NCBI RefSeq assembly: GCF_000711905.1
Contig: NZ_KL543983.1
Coordinates: 140,378-172,377 of the forward strand
DNA: 32,000 nucleotides
Origin: Methermicoccus shengliensis DSM 18856
GTDB lineage: Archaea > Halobacteriota > Methanosarcinia > DSM-18856 > Methermicoccaceae
Direction: 5' to 3'
Both the position numbers and the translations under genes were made by a program. The notes beneath the pieces are model-generated. The model saw nothing but the letters and a program-made list of their open reading frames with translations, was not told the origin of the DNA and did no database searches. Positions 1 through 9,153 of the stretch are shown here, piece by piece; position 1 is the first letter of the stretch; every line of letters starts with the position of its first letter.

Positions 1-1825
1 ACGCCACTATCGCTATACTCAACATGAGTATGCAATGCTTTATTCCGCTCATCAGGTTTTCCTCACTCATCATTCCGGCCACGAGACCGGAACACACACC
101 CTGAATGAGGGTGGCGTGGTAGAACAGCAGCCTGTACTGGCTCTGTCCTGCCCCTCCCAGCGACATTCCGCCAACGACCTCCGAGGACGTGGGCACTTCC
201 TTCAGGAAGTAATACAGCAGCACGTACACCATGAGAAGGAACAGAAGGAAGGCCATGTACACCACGACCACGTAGATTGAGGTCTCCCTGCGCCTCGCCG
301 TCTGCAGGCTGTGGGTCAGCTTGAAATTGGAGGTGGCAATCTTCAGAACCTCCTCTATGCTGCTCGTGCTCTCAGATGCCTTTGTTATCAGCGTCATCGT
401 TCTTGTTATCATCATGGAGGGAATCTCACGCTCGAGCCTCCTCAAAGCCTCGGAAGTGGTCTTGCCCCACAGCAGAAGGTCATTTCTCATCTGCCTTAAA
501 AGTGGTGTGAGTGCCCCAAGCTCCGACTCTGTTGCTCCAAGGATGGCTTCCCGGAGGGGAAGCCCAACCTCATTGAGGCTCGTGAGCCTCCTCAGAAACT
601 CGGGCATCTTTGCCTCCATCTTTCTCGTCCTTCTCTTTTTGCTCTCGAACAGAACTGAGATGGGGAGCATCATCCCAACCACGCCGAGTGCCACCGGCGT
701 GTCCACGAACTCCACGATGTCCGTGAGGGTGTAGGGGGGCGCCCTGAGCACGAGAAGTATCCCAAGTGCCACAAGAAAGGCTGGAAACGTGATGTAAAGC
801 GTCCTCTCCGGCCTGTCCACAAAATATCTTTTGAGATTCTTGAGCCTCCACATAGAGTTCGCCCTTTGTACGTGCTTTTCCAGCTGCCTCAGCAGCTCCT
901 CTTCCCCTTTGAGAAGGGGTGCAATCTCTATTCCTCTAAGCTCATGGGTTTCGACCTGCCGCGAAGGAGGTGCAATGTCCTTGTAGGGCTCTGTGAGCGT
1001 ATCGAGCAGCACGATAAAGCCGAGGGTGCTCAATGGCATGAGCAGGTATATCAGCGCATATATCATCGTCAGAGGGGCATTGGTGAGGCTCATCACCACG
1101 AACGTTATCAGACCGAACATTGGCCCGAGCACGAAGAGGGTGATGTATGTCTCTGCAAGTCCCCCCAGCATCTGCACATACGATTTCTGCGCGTTGTCCA
1201 CCATCTCGTGGTAGTGCTCCGTGACGTCCCTGAAGTACTGTGTGTGGCTCCCCCCACTTTTCAGCAGCGATACGAGGTTATCCACGAAATCTTTCAGCAT
1301 TATGGATGGTGTGGTCTCAGAGAGTCTCTCGAGCGCTTCCAGTGGACTCAACCCCAGGAGCTCCACGCTCTTTACCACCCTTCCAAACTCTGTTGAGGTC
1401 TCGCCAAATAGGTATGTGCGGGTGCTGACCTCCTTGAACACAGAGAAAAGCTCCATTCCTCCCCTGCTCAGTGCATACATGAAGGGCACACAGTGTGGGA
1501 GCGTGCGGTCTATGTTGCTCTTTCGAAGGCTGACCCTCAGAGAGAGCACGATATCCACCGAGAGGTAGCACACCACCACACCCACGAGCCCAAGCACCAA
1601 AGCCCCACTCGCGACAGCGATTGCCAACGGAAGGTGGAAGAGCCTGGATGCCGCAGCCCCCAATCCAGCACCCACCAGCACGAGTGCTGTTAGCACAATT
1701 CGCGCGATTAGCGATTGCCGATGAATGTACTGATCAAATGTGCCCCCTATGTTGGCCTTTGCGAACTGTATCCTCAGGGCTGATAGTCTCTTTTCACTAA
1801 GGGACAATCCACAAAGCGATCTCAT
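1..1825 (-). CDS. FlaJ/TadC-like polytopic membrane platform protein of an archaeal type IV pilus/archaellum-like system; 3' end lies beyond the window
   Basis: Not in the ORF track because no stop codon lies inside the window. My translation of the minus strand from ATG 1825-1823 stays open for ~608 codons down to position 2 ([63 protein letters not shown]...). Two soluble helical blocks are each followed by hydrophobic spans (TYITLFVLGPMFGLITFVVMSL; SIYVVVVYMAFLLFLLMVYVLLYYF), which is the duplicated T2SS-F architecture. The ATG overlaps the ATPase stop as ATGA. Confidence 0.7.
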   Translation of the reverse strand, partial: MRSLCGLSLSEKRLSALRIQFAKANIGGTFDQYIHRQSLIARIVLTALVLVGAGLGAAASRLFHLPLAIAVASGALVLGLVGVVVCYLSVDIVLSLRVSLRKSNIDRTLPHCVPFMYALSRGGMELFSVFKEVSTRTYLFGETSTEFGRVVKSVELLGLSPLEALERLSETTPSIMLKDFVDNLVSLLKSGGSHTQYFRDVTEHYHEMVDNAQKSYVQMLGGLAETYITLFVLGPMFGLITFVVMSLTNAPLTMIYALIYLLMPLSTLGFIVLLDTLTEPYKDIAPPSRQVETHELRGIEIAPLLKGEEELLRQLEKHVQRANSMWRLKNLKRYFVDRPERTLYITFPAFLVALGILLVLRAPPYTLTDIVEFVDTPVALGVVGMMLPISVLFESKKRRTRKMEAKMPEFLRRLTSLNEVGLPLREAILGATESELGALTPLLRQMRNDLLLWGKTTSEALRRLEREIPSMMITRTMTLITKASESTSSIEEVLKIATSNFKLTHSLQTARRRETSIYVVVVYMAFLLFLLMVYVLLYYFLKEVPTSSEVVGGMSLGGAGQSQYRLLFYHATLIQGVCSGLVAGMMSEENLMSGIKHCILMLSIAIVA

Positions 1826-3459
1826 ACCTCATGCTCCTCATGCTCCTCATGCTCCTCATGCTCCTCATGCTCCTCATGCTCCTCATGCTCCACATAAGTG
1901 CTCATCACTCTCTCTTTGTCCAGATAGTATCTGTGGAACACCTCCGAGAGCACCCTGTAGTCCCTCACATCTCGCTCCAGCAGGGCGGTTAGAAGAGCTT
2001 TTCTGTCGGAGAGCTCTCTCTTCAGCTCACCCTCACTCCACCCTCTTTCCCTCATGATGATGCGGTACATCTCCGGTGATGACATCTCAAAGGAGTCGTC
2101 ATAGGGATTCCACCTGAAGACCTCGTTTATTCTTATGCGTCCCATGTGCGGGTCTATCCCGGTCAGTTCCACCAGAACCTTCGTCCTCCTCAGCCGCTCA
2201 TCACCCTTATACACAATCTGCTGAATGCAGAATCCGTGGAGAGCATCGAGCATGATGTGTGGGAGGTTGATTGGGTCGCTTTCGAGCCTGTTGATGGCCG
2301 ACTGCACACTATCCGCGTGCATTGTGGAGTAGGTGGCGTGTCCCGTGGACATCGCCTGAAACAGCGTGATGGCCTCCACCCCCCTGACCTCCCCCACCAG
2401 AATGTATTCCGGGCGCTGTCTTAAGGCTGCCTTTAAGAGGTCGAACATCGTCACCGTGCCTTCTCCCTTTATACCCTCCTTAGTAACGCTCGCTATCCAG
2501 TTGGGATGGTGGAGCCTCACCTCACGCGTATCCTCTATGGACACTATCTTGGCAGTGGGTGGGATGAAGAGCGAGACCGCGTTCAATATGGAGGTCTTTC
2601 CAGTGGCAGTTCCCCCGAGAAATATCAGGCTCTTCTTGTTCTCGATGGCGAGCCAGAGATAGACCAGTATGTCCGGGGAGACCGTCCCATATTTCATGAG
2701 ATGAACGGGAGTGATGGGCTCCTCCCTGAACCGCCGGATTGTGAACGAGCTGCCCCTGCTCGTGACCACTCTGCCAAGCGTCGCCTGCAGGCGAGAGCCG
2801 TCTGGCATCGTGGCATCCACCAGCGGCTTTGCGTACGATATGTGCCTGCCAGACCGCTGGCACAGCCTCATCACGAATGCGTCCAGCTCTTCCTCCTCGA
2901 AGGAGATGTTGGTCTCTATGCTGTGGTGTACCCGATGGTAAAGGAAGATGGGGCTGTTGGGCGCGGTACACGATATGTCCTCGATGTAGTCGTCCTTCAG
3001 AAGCGCCGTGATTTTGCCCTCTCTCAGAAAGTTGCGCTTCAGATAATAGAGCAGCTTGAGCATCCCCCTCTCATCCACGTCCAGACCATACCACCTCAAG
3101 AGGTCGCGGACCTTCCTCTCAAGGAATTCCTCCCTCTCCTCAATGCTCTCCCCCACCTCCTCCTTCCCAACCAGCTCCTGGAGGTCGTTGAAAAGCCTCT
3201 CTAAGAGTGTGTACTCGAAGGGGGACATCGGAGGCTCCAGGAGGCAGTACTTCTTCACCTTTGTCCGCTCATTGAGAAGTATCTGCACCATGGAGTATGG
3301 CTCTTCTATCCAGTATCGCTCTATCTCAACAAACCCCTCTGGCACGCGGGGAGTGAGCAGCCTTATGTCCTCTTCCTTGGATGGCCCTTCATCTCCAGAA
3401 GTGCTGCGAACTTGCGTCGCTTCTCGTAGGGCTCGAAGTCGTCGCAGCGGAAGCCTCAA
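1822..3459 (-). CDS. Type II/IV secretion-family assembly ATPase (archaeal FlaI/ArlI- or PilB-like) with a C-terminal (HEE)n tail
   Basis: 545-aa ORF. Walker A is [14 protein letters not shown], the Walker B region is [15 protein letters not shown], and [10 protein letters not shown] is His-box-like. The N-terminal domain ([21 protein letters not shown]) resembles archaeal FlaI-type ATPases. The stop overlaps the start of the FlaJ-like gene. TTG 3459 is the longest in-frame start. A TATA-like TTTTTTATAA sits on the minus strand at ~3493-3505. Confidence 0.85.
   Translation of the reverse strand: MRLPLRRLRALREATQVRSTSGDEGPSKEEDIRLLTPRVPEGFVEIERYWIEEPYSMVQILLNERTKVKKYCLLEPPMSPFEYTLLERLFNDLQELVGKEEVGESIEEREEFLERKVRDLLRWYGLDVDERGMLKLLYYLKRNFLREGKITALLKDDYIEDISCTAPNSPIFLYHRVHHSIETNISFEEEELDAFVMRLCQRSGRHISYAKPLVDATMPDGSRLQATLGRVVTSRGSSFTIRRFREEPITPVHLMKYGTVSPDILVYLWLAIENKKSLIFLGGTATGKTSILNAVSLFIPPTAKIVSIEDTREVRLHHPNWIASVTKEGIKGEGTVTMFDLLKAALRQRPEYILVGEVRGVEAITLFQAMSTGHATYSTMHADSVQSAINRLESDPINLPHIMLDALHGFCIQQIVYKGDERLRRTKVLVELTGIDPHMGRIRINEVFRWNPYDDSFEMSSPEMYRIIMRERGWSEGELKRELSDRKALLTALLERDVRDYRVLSEVFHRYYLDKERVMSTYVEHEEHEEHEEHEEHEEHEEHEV
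1827..1889. repeat. Perfect tandem repeat, 9-nt unit CCTCATGCT x7, coding for the (HEE)n C-terminal tail
   Basis: Read directly from the sequence: cctcatgct repeated seven times without mismatch. The minus-strand frame gives ...[24 protein letters not shown]. The plus-strand HAPHAP ORF 1740-2057 is its antisense shadow. Confidence 0.9.
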
Positions 3460-3550
3460 GGCCTGAACACCATAACAAAGGTATAAGTAACATTATAAAA
3501 AATAAGGGGATGCTCGTCGAGCCCTGCCTGAGCACTCAAAAATTTTTAAC

Positions 3551-3642
3551 CTATCGGCGGGAAGGGGAAGGGATGAGAGCCAAATGGCTGGGGCTCATCA
3601 TGCTGCTCGTGACGCCGTGTACCGACTGGTACCTCGTGTTCA
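3551..3642. repeat. Copy A of a 3-copy intergenic sequence family (core CTATCGGCGGGAAG)
   Basis: CTATCGGCGGGAAG at 3551-3564 is identical to 14631-14644. Two further matches to copy B follow in the same order: GCCGTGTACCGAC (3614-3626) against GCCGTGTGCACCGAC (14717-14731), and CGTGTTCA (3635-3642) against 14746-14753. The copy lies between the stop of the LUD/HdrD-like gene and the promoter of the ATPase gene. Confidence 0.5.
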
Positions 3643-3713
3643 CGGGGGTGGCTCGGGGCGATGTGCCCTTCTGTCTCACCCTTCTGCCATGGCACTCATC
3701 GAGATTCCCGTGC

Positions 3714-5726
3714 TCAGCCTGATGGCACATGGTCTTGTGCTCGTGCGTCCCCACTGGCATCCCGCGTGAGCCGCTCCACAAGCTCTGCGATGTCCAGCAC
3801 CTCCATGCCCCTCTCGCCCATGTTGAGCTCACAGAACGGACACGAACTTACGAGCACATCGGCACCCATCCTGCGTGCCTGCTCCACCCTCAGGCTCGCC
3901 ATCGCACCAGCGAGCTCTGGGAGCGCAGACCTCACCCCACCCCCAGCACCACAGCACCCCTCCTCCATGATGTGCACCTCCACGTTGGGAATGCGGGAGA
4001 GCACCTCCTCTATCCTGCGGGCAATCCCCTCACCCTCCCTGAGATGGCACGGAGTGTGGTACGCCACCTTGAGGGGAGCGGGCGAGGAGGGTTTGAGCAT
4101 TCCCTGCTCCACGAGGTCGAGCACGAGCTCGCTCGCCGAGAGCAGCTCCACGTCCAGCGTGTAATGGTCTTTGAACGTCTTCTCACACCCTGCACACGGG
4201 AACACCACCCTTTTCGCACCAGACCTCTCTATCATGCGGATGTTCTCGCTCGCAAGCTGCTCGAACGCGTGTGGGTAGCCCATCTTGAGCATGGGAGAGC
4301 CGCAGCATCTCTCGTCTGAGAGGGCACAGAAGGGCACACCCGCCCGCTCGAGCAGTGCCGAGAGAGCCTCTATCCCGCTCTGCCTGCGGGCACTGCTCAG
4401 GCACCCCACGAACAGCAGCGTCGAAGCCTCGATGTCGAGGTGCCCCCTGAGGGAGGGTATCCTCGAGGGGGAGGCATCAAAAAACGCCCTTCCCTCGCTT
4501 AAGATGCGCTCGTGTATTCGATGATGGGGAAGCAGCTCACCCACACTCCTCACAAAATCGCTTCGAAGCTGGAGCAGGTGCCCGCATGTGCCAATGGACA
4601 CTGGACAGTGCTCCTCACACCTTTCGCACGTGGTGCAGTAGAACAACCTCTCGTCCATGTGCCCGGCGGCTCCCGCCTTGGCAACGCCAATGCCTCCCAT
4701 GCCCCTGCAGCTGGAAAACTGCTCTCCCACGACGCCATACACCGAGCAGTGCAGAAGGCACGAGCCGCACCCCACGCACTCGAGAAGCTCGGGCGCCCTG
4801 CGTGCGATGGAGCTTCTGCCGTTGTCCACCACGATGAGCACCACCTCCCTTGGGCCATACATGCCGTAAAACAGCCGCTTTTCTATGTCCGCCGTCTTGC
4901 TGGGCCCTGATATGACGTCCACGTAGGAGGGCATCGGGCTGCCAGTGGCATAGAACGTCTGGAGCCTCGCCATGCACATCGCATCCTCGAGGCACTCGTA
5001 CACCTTCTCCATTCCCGTGAGCACGATGTGCTTGTCCACGTGTGCCATGAGCTGCATCACGTTCGCCTCGTTGTGCAGTATCACGATGCAGCCCTCGCTG
5101 GCACACACCGCATTGGCACCCGTGATGCCCACCCTCGCCCTGCCCACGGCATCGAGCACCTCCTCCCTCACGAGCATGGTCATCCCCTCTGGCTCTGGCT
5201 CCACCTCGTATCCGAGGTGCTCTGAGAGCACCCTTGCCACATCGTGCCTGTCCATGTGGGCGACGGGTCCCGTGGGATGCGTGGCTGTGCTCTCCCCAGA
5301 GAGCTGGAGTATGCGGTCGCCAAGGTCGGTCTCCACCACCTCTATGCCCCTGCCAGAGAGCACATCGCCCACGCCCACCTCCCTCGACACGTTGGACTTG
5401 GACTTCACCACCAGCCTCTCATCTCCAACCTCCTCGAGCACCATCTGCTGAGCCTGCTCCCGTGTGGATGCGAACCTGACCCGAATGCCATTCTTCTCGA
5501 GCCGCTGGGTGGCTCTTTCCCACAGCTCGTCGAGATGCTCTATCACCCGCTCACGGATGCACTTTAGCCGCTCCCGCTCTGCCTCGAGGTCCAAAAGACT
5601 GGCATTTTCCATCTGGCGCTCTCGCACATTGGAAAACGTGTTCCTCAGTGCCCTGTACCGCTCCGTATCCACATTCACGCACGCAGTGGCGTGCGTGAAG
5701 CTATAAATGTGTTTAGGTGGTGGCAC
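3714..5726 (-). CDS. Fused LUD-domain / 2x[4Fe-4S] / 2xCCG-domain iron-sulfur oxidoreductase (LutB+LutA-like, HdrD/GlpC-like C-terminal half)
   Basis: 670-aa ORF. The N-terminal ~300 aa resemble the LUD (DUF162, LutB/LutC) fold. Ferredoxin-type motifs are [11 protein letters not shown] and [12 protein letters not shown]. Two CCG-type cysteine motifs follow (ERCCGSP...PCAGCEK and [10 protein letters not shown]...SSCPFCELN). The start is uncertain: GTG 5726 is the longest option and ATG 5612 ([13 protein letters not shown]...) is an alternative. Confidence 0.75.
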   Translation of the reverse strand: MPPPKHIYSFTHATACVNVDTERYRALRNTFSNVRERQMENASLLDLEAERERLKCIRERVIEHLDELWERATQRLEKNGIRVRFASTREQAQQMVLEEVGDERLVVKSKSNVSREVGVGDVLSGRGIEVVETDLGDRILQLSGESTATHPTGPVAHMDRHDVARVLSEHLGYEVEPEPEGMTMLVREEVLDAVGRARVGITGANAVCASEGCIVILHNEANVMQLMAHVDKHIVLTGMEKVYECLEDAMCMARLQTFYATGSPMPSYVDVISGPSKTADIEKRLFYGMYGPREVVLIVVDNGRSSIARRAPELLECVGCGSCLLHCSVYGVVGEQFSSCRGMGGIGVAKAGAAGHMDERLFYCTTCERCEEHCPVSIGTCGHLLQLRSDFVRSVGELLPHHRIHERILSEGRAFFDASPSRIPSLRGHLDIEASTLLFVGCLSSARRQSGIEALSALLERAGVPFCALSDERCCGSPMLKMGYPHAFEQLASENIRMIERSGAKRVVFPCAGCEKTFKDHYTLDVELLSASELVLDLVEQGMLKPSSPAPLKVAYHTPCHLREGEGIARRIEEVLSRIPNVEVHIMEEGCCGAGGGVRSALPELAGAMASLRVEQARRMGADVLVSSCPFCELNMGERGMEVLDIAELVERLTRDASGDARAQDHVPSG

Positions 5727-5734
5727 GGCATCAC

Positions 5735-5744
5735 ACTTTTATGC
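5735..5744 (+). promoter_or_regulatory. TATA-like box (ACTTTTATGC) placed for a leaderless gltX transcript
   Basis: The A/T-rich box is centred ~26 nt upstream of the in-frame GTG codons at 5766-5777. It lies in the divergent intergenic region. A second TATA-like CTATAAATG is at 5701-5709. Confidence 0.35.
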
Positions 5745-5765
5745 TCGCACCGCAACTGCCATTGT

Positions 5766-7484
5766 GTGGTGAGCGTGGACGAGATAAGAAGGTTGGCAAG
5801 GCTGTATGCCCTGCAGAACGCCGTGAGGCACGGTAAGCCCCCGATGGCGGGGGCGGTGATGGGAAAGCTCATGGGCGAGCGTCCGGAGCTCAGGGAGAGG
5901 GCAAGGGAGGTAAAGCCCGTGGTGGAAGAGGTGGTGGCAGAGGTCGCCTCCCTTACACCAGAGCGCTGGAGAAGCGAGCTTGAAGAGCTTGCCCCAGAGC
6001 TCATCGAGGAGCTCTCTGTGAAAAAGGAGCCAAAGAGGGGGCTAAAGGAGCTTCCCAATGCCACGAGGGGGGAGGTGGTTATGCGCTTTGCCCCCAACCC
6101 CAACGGTCCCCCAACGCTTGGAAGCGCCCGGGGCATCGTGGTGAACTCCGAGTATGCGAGGATGTACGAGGGCAAGTTCATCCTGAGGTTTGACGACACC
6201 GACCCAGTGCAGAAAAGACCCCTCCTCGATGCCTATCGATGGTATGTGGAGGACTGCAGGTGGCTTGGCGCACAGCCCGATGAGGTGTACTGTGCCTCAG
6301 ACAGGCTGGAGCTGTACTACGAGGTGGCAGAGCGGCTTATAGAGGGTGGACACGCCTACATGTGCTTTTGCTCCAGGGAGGAGTTCAAGAGGCGTAAAGA
6401 CGCGTGCCAGCCCTGCCCCCACAGGGACACCCCACCAGAGGAGAGCATGCGAGCATGGCAGGACGCTCTCGATGGTGAGCTTCCAGCTGGCTCTGCAGTC
6501 TTACGCATCAAGACCGATATCACCCACAGTGACCCGGCACTTCGCGACTTTGGGGCGTTTCGCATAGTGGACGCAGAGCATCCCCGTGTGGGGGACAAGT
6601 ACAGGGTATGGCCCCTGCTCGACTTCGAGAGTGCAGTGGAGGACCACCTCCTTGGCATCACCCACATCATCAGGGGCAAGGACCTGATGGACGCAGAGCG
6701 CAGGCAGCGGTACATCTACCGCTATCTGGGATGGGAGTATCCCGTGGTGCTGCACTGGGGAAGGGTGAAAATACACGAGTTTGGGAGGCTGTCCACGAGC
6801 TCCATTGCGAGGAGCATATCAGAGGGCACGTATGAGGGGTGGGATGATGTTAGGCTTCCCACCATAAGGGCGCTAAGACGCAGGGGCATACAGGCAGAGG
6901 CGATACGAAGGCTGTTTTTAGACCTTGGCGTGGGGGAGAACGACATCAGCATCAGCCTCGAGAACCTGTATGCAGAGAACAGAAAGCTGATAGATTCAGA
7001 GGCGGCACGGCTGTTCTTTGTGAGAAGACCCGTGCTCGTGAGCGTTCATGGCGCAGTGGACGCCGTGGCACGGCCACCGCTCTATCCAGATGGCAGAGAG
7101 CGCCGACGCATACCCGTTCCTGCGAGTGGAGGGGTGGCGAGGGTGTACCTCGAGCAGGACGAGCTCGCGTCGTTCGCAGAGGGCGAGCTCGTGAGACTAA
7201 AGGACCTGTACACCGTGCGGGTAGAGGGAGGGGGGCCGGGAGGGAGGCTGGGAGGGAGGCTGCACTTCGTGAGCCATGAGATGCATGGTAAGCCAAAAAT
7301 AGTGCACTGGGTCCCAGAGGACGGCATTCCGTGTGTGCTGCGCACCCCAGAGGGAGACCTTGAGGGCATTGCCGAGAGAGGTGTGAGGGAGCACGTGGGC
7401 GAGGTCGTGCAGTTCGAGAGGGTGGGCTTTGCGAGGATAGATGCCGCCAATGGCAAGGTCATCGCCTACTTCGCGCACAGGTAG
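5766..7484 (+). CDS. gltX: Glutamyl-tRNA synthetase, archaeal type
   Basis: Class I aaRS core: VVMRFAPNPNGPPTLGSARG (HIGH-type region), ILRFDDTDP, HIIRGKDL, and LSTSS (KMSKS-type), plus an archaeal C-terminal anticodon-binding region. The track start, GTG 5691, overlaps the divergent gene. Archaeal GluRS N-termini begin near (V)DEIRRLARLYALQNA, so GTG 5766/5769/5775 are more likely starts. Confidence 0.9.
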   Translation: MVSVDEIRRLARLYALQNAVRHGKPPMAGAVMGKLMGERPELRERAREVKPVVEEVVAEVASLTPERWRSELEELAPELIEELSVKKEPKRGLKELPNATRGEVVMRFAPNPNGPPTLGSARGIVVNSEYARMYEGKFILRFDDTDPVQKRPLLDAYRWYVEDCRWLGAQPDEVYCASDRLELYYEVAERLIEGGHAYMCFCSREEFKRRKDACQPCPHRDTPPEESMRAWQDALDGELPAGSAVLRIKTDITHSDPALRDFGAFRIVDAEHPRVGDKYRVWPLLDFESAVEDHLLGITHIIRGKDLMDAERRQRYIYRYLGWEYPVVLHWGRVKIHEFGRLSTSSIARSISEGTYEGWDDVRLPTIRALRRRGIQAEAIRRLFLDLGVGENDISISLENLYAENRKLIDSEAARLFFVRRPVLVSVHGAVDAVARPPLYPDGRERRRIPVPASGGVARVYLEQDELASFAEGELVRLKDLYTVRVEGGGPGGRLGGRLHFVSHEMHGKPKIVHWVPEDGIPCVLRTPEGDLEGIAERGVREHVGEVVQFERVGFARIDAANGKVIAYFAHR

Positions 7485-8504
7485 TCATCGCATGCCCTCG
7501 AGCCCCTTCAGCATCGCCTCGTAGCGCTCCATCACCCTCCTGAGGGCTCCATCGCTCGCATTGGCGTGAGTGGGAATGCGCACCTGTGCATCCCCCTCAT
7601 AGAGGTCGGTGGCGATTTTTATCCCTCCATCCGATACGTCCAGCCCCAGCTCCTCCACCATCTTCCTTGCCATGGGTGTCAGGGGATTCACCCGCATCCC
7701 AAGTCTCAAAGCGCGCCTCCTGTAGTACCCGAGCGCCTCCTCTATCCTGCCCTTTGCCTTCTGGATGTCCCTTCTCGTTCCGTATTCGGCGAGGGCATCC
7801 AGTGATGCCGCAAGGCTGGAGAACGTAATGCACGACACCTCTATCACCTTCTTAGCGCTCCATGGGCCCACGTGCCCCTTGAGGCACACCACCGCATCGT
7901 ACTCCGACAGGTCCATCTCGCCCCGATAGAGGTCGAGCACCTCGAACTCGTGCACCCCCGCCAGCCTGAGGACTGGAGCGCTCATGGAGGTGCACGCGAG
8001 CCTTGGGATGTGGAGCATCTCGAGCATCGCCCTCCTCACCGATGCAGCGTCCGCACCCTGAAGCTGGAAGTAGCGCGCGAACAGCGGGGTGGTGGTGAGC
8101 ACCTTGGTGTGGCCCTGCGGCGTGGCCTCCACGAGCCCCCTCTCCACCAGCATCCTCACATGGGCATACGCACTGTTGCCCCTGCGCTCTGCGAGGTCGC
8201 TCTGCCTTATGGGCTGGTGATACGCTATCATGGCGAGCGTGCGAAGGGCAGGGGCGGGCAGCTCAACCTCCGCGATGCCCCTGAGCTTCGGTGCGTATCT
8301 GGGGCTCACCTGCATGAGATAGCGCCCTCCCACCAGCACCACCTCTATGCCCCCCTCCCTTCGCTCGTACTCCTCCTTCAGCCTGCTCAGGGCACGCTCG
8401 CATGCCTCTGGTGCAAGCCCCACCCGCTCTGCAAGCTCCTCGGGCGAGAGAGGGGTATCGCTCACGAACAGCGCCGCCTCCACTATGCACATCTCCTCGT
8501 CCAT
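7485..8504 (-). CDS. scpB: Segregation and condensation protein B (ScpB) with an extra ~170-aa C-terminal region
   Basis: The N-terminal half has the ScpB double winged-helix pattern (IVEAALFVSDTPLSPEELAERVG...; LRTLAMIAYHQPIRQSDLAERRG...VRMLVERGLVE). I place the start at ATG 8504 (MDEEMCIVEAALF), 1 nt after the scpA stop, not at the track start 8576. Its stop abuts the gltX stop (convergent, 0-nt gap). Confidence 0.75.
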   Translation of the reverse strand: MDEEMCIVEAALFVSDTPLSPEELAERVGLAPEACERALSRLKEEYERREGGIEVVLVGGRYLMQVSPRYAPKLRGIAEVELPAPALRTLAMIAYHQPIRQSDLAERRGNSAYAHVRMLVERGLVEATPQGHTKVLTTTPLFARYFQLQGADAASVRRAMLEMLHIPRLACTSMSAPVLRLAGVHEFEVLDLYRGEMDLSEYDAVVCLKGHVGPWSAKKVIEVSCITFSSLAASLDALAEYGTRRDIQKAKGRIEEALGYYRRRALRLGMRVNPLTPMARKMVEELGLDVSDGGIKIATDLYEGDAQVRIPTHANASDGALRRVMERYEAMLKGLEGMR

Positions 8505-8505
8505 A

Positions 8506-9153
8506 TTATCTCCCCTCGATGTACAGCTCGCCAAAGAACTCATCCTGATGCAGCCGTATCCTGCGCTCGTTCGCAAGGAACAGCAGCGAGAGATATATGA
8601 ACACCGCTGGCACGTCTGTAAGCGTGCACAGCAGCTCGCTCAGCGTGAGCCTGCGCTTGGAGCTGAGCAGACCCCTCAGGGACTCCCACACCATCCTTAC
8701 GGTGTCCTCCATGTTCTCTTCGTGGGACACGTCGACCACCTCGCTCCTCTCGGCCCTCACCTCCCTGCGCTCTTTTCGCCTGCGCTCTACCCTCTCCGCC
8801 TTCTTGAGTTCCTCGATGAGCTCGTCGAGCGTTGCAGGTCTCTTCGTCCTTCTTCTCGTGGGGATGTGCAGCTCTGGGTAATTCTCCAGCAGGGCCATTT
8901 GCTCCTCTGGCTCCTCCATCGGTGGTGGCTCCTCGGCATGCTCCTCGGTGAGTGCCTCGGACTTCATCCTGAGCAGCACCGAGGCATAGAACAGCGTTCG
9001 TGCCGGCAGTGCAAGATTCATTGTCCTCATGTGCTCAATCTGGCGCAAAAAGGCGTCGGTCACCTGCACGATGTCGATGTTCCATGGGTCTATCTCACCC
9101 CTCTTGGCAAGCTCCACCAGCATCTCCACGGGGTCCACGTCCATGGCTTTCAC
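8506..9153 (-). CDS. scpA: Segregation and condensation protein A (ScpA, kleisin)
   Basis: 215 aa. The N-terminus (VEMLVELAKRGEIDPWNIDIVQVTDAFL) and the C-terminal winged helix (VFIYLSLLFLANERRIRLHQDEFFGELYI) are typical of ScpA. GTG 9153 abuts the pth2 stop; ATG 9144 is an alternative start. Confidence 0.8.
   Translation of the reverse strand: MKAMDVDPVEMLVELAKRGEIDPWNIDIVQVTDAFLRQIEHMRTMNLALPARTLFYASVLLRMKSEALTEEHAEEPPPMEEPEEQMALLENYPELHIPTRRRTKRPATLDELIEELKKAERVERRRKERREVRAERSEVVDVSHEENMEDTVRMVWESLRGLLSSKRRLTLSELLCTLTDVPAVFIYLSLLFLANERRIRLHQDEFFGELYIEGR

Noticed and set aside
1740-2057. Plus-strand ORF with a striking HAPHAPHAP... repeat
   Set aside because: It is the antisense reading of the 9-nt repeat that encodes the (HEE)n tail of the well-supported minus-strand ATPase. 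It has no independent coding support.
3573-3722. Possible homologous small peptides inside repeat copies A and [26 protein letters not shown]... (3573-3722) and MMSIDSAYALTAVCTDESGGTVFSTH (14684-14764) share CTD...VF in frame, with 3-nt-multiple indels.
   Set aside because: Copy C has no equivalent ORF; its shared modules fall in different frames once the sequence is corrected against the track translation. The peptides differ greatly in length, and there is no convincing RBS for copy B. Nucleotide-level (RNA or DNA element) conservation explains the matches at least as well. I keep it only as an alternative, to be tested by ribosome profiling.
5691-5765. Longest-ORF start codons from the track for gltX (5691), scpB (8576), mtd (12795), speH (14538), the radical SAM gene (16482), pspA (24885), the wHTH gene (19745) and paralog 1 (27673)
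   Set aside because: Each extension overlaps a neighbouring gene or promoter element and adds residues absent from the family N-termini I recall. Each also ignores an internal ATG/GTG with better spacing to a TATA box, to an SD motif or to the upstream stop codon. The shorter starts are used in the feature table but remain unverified.
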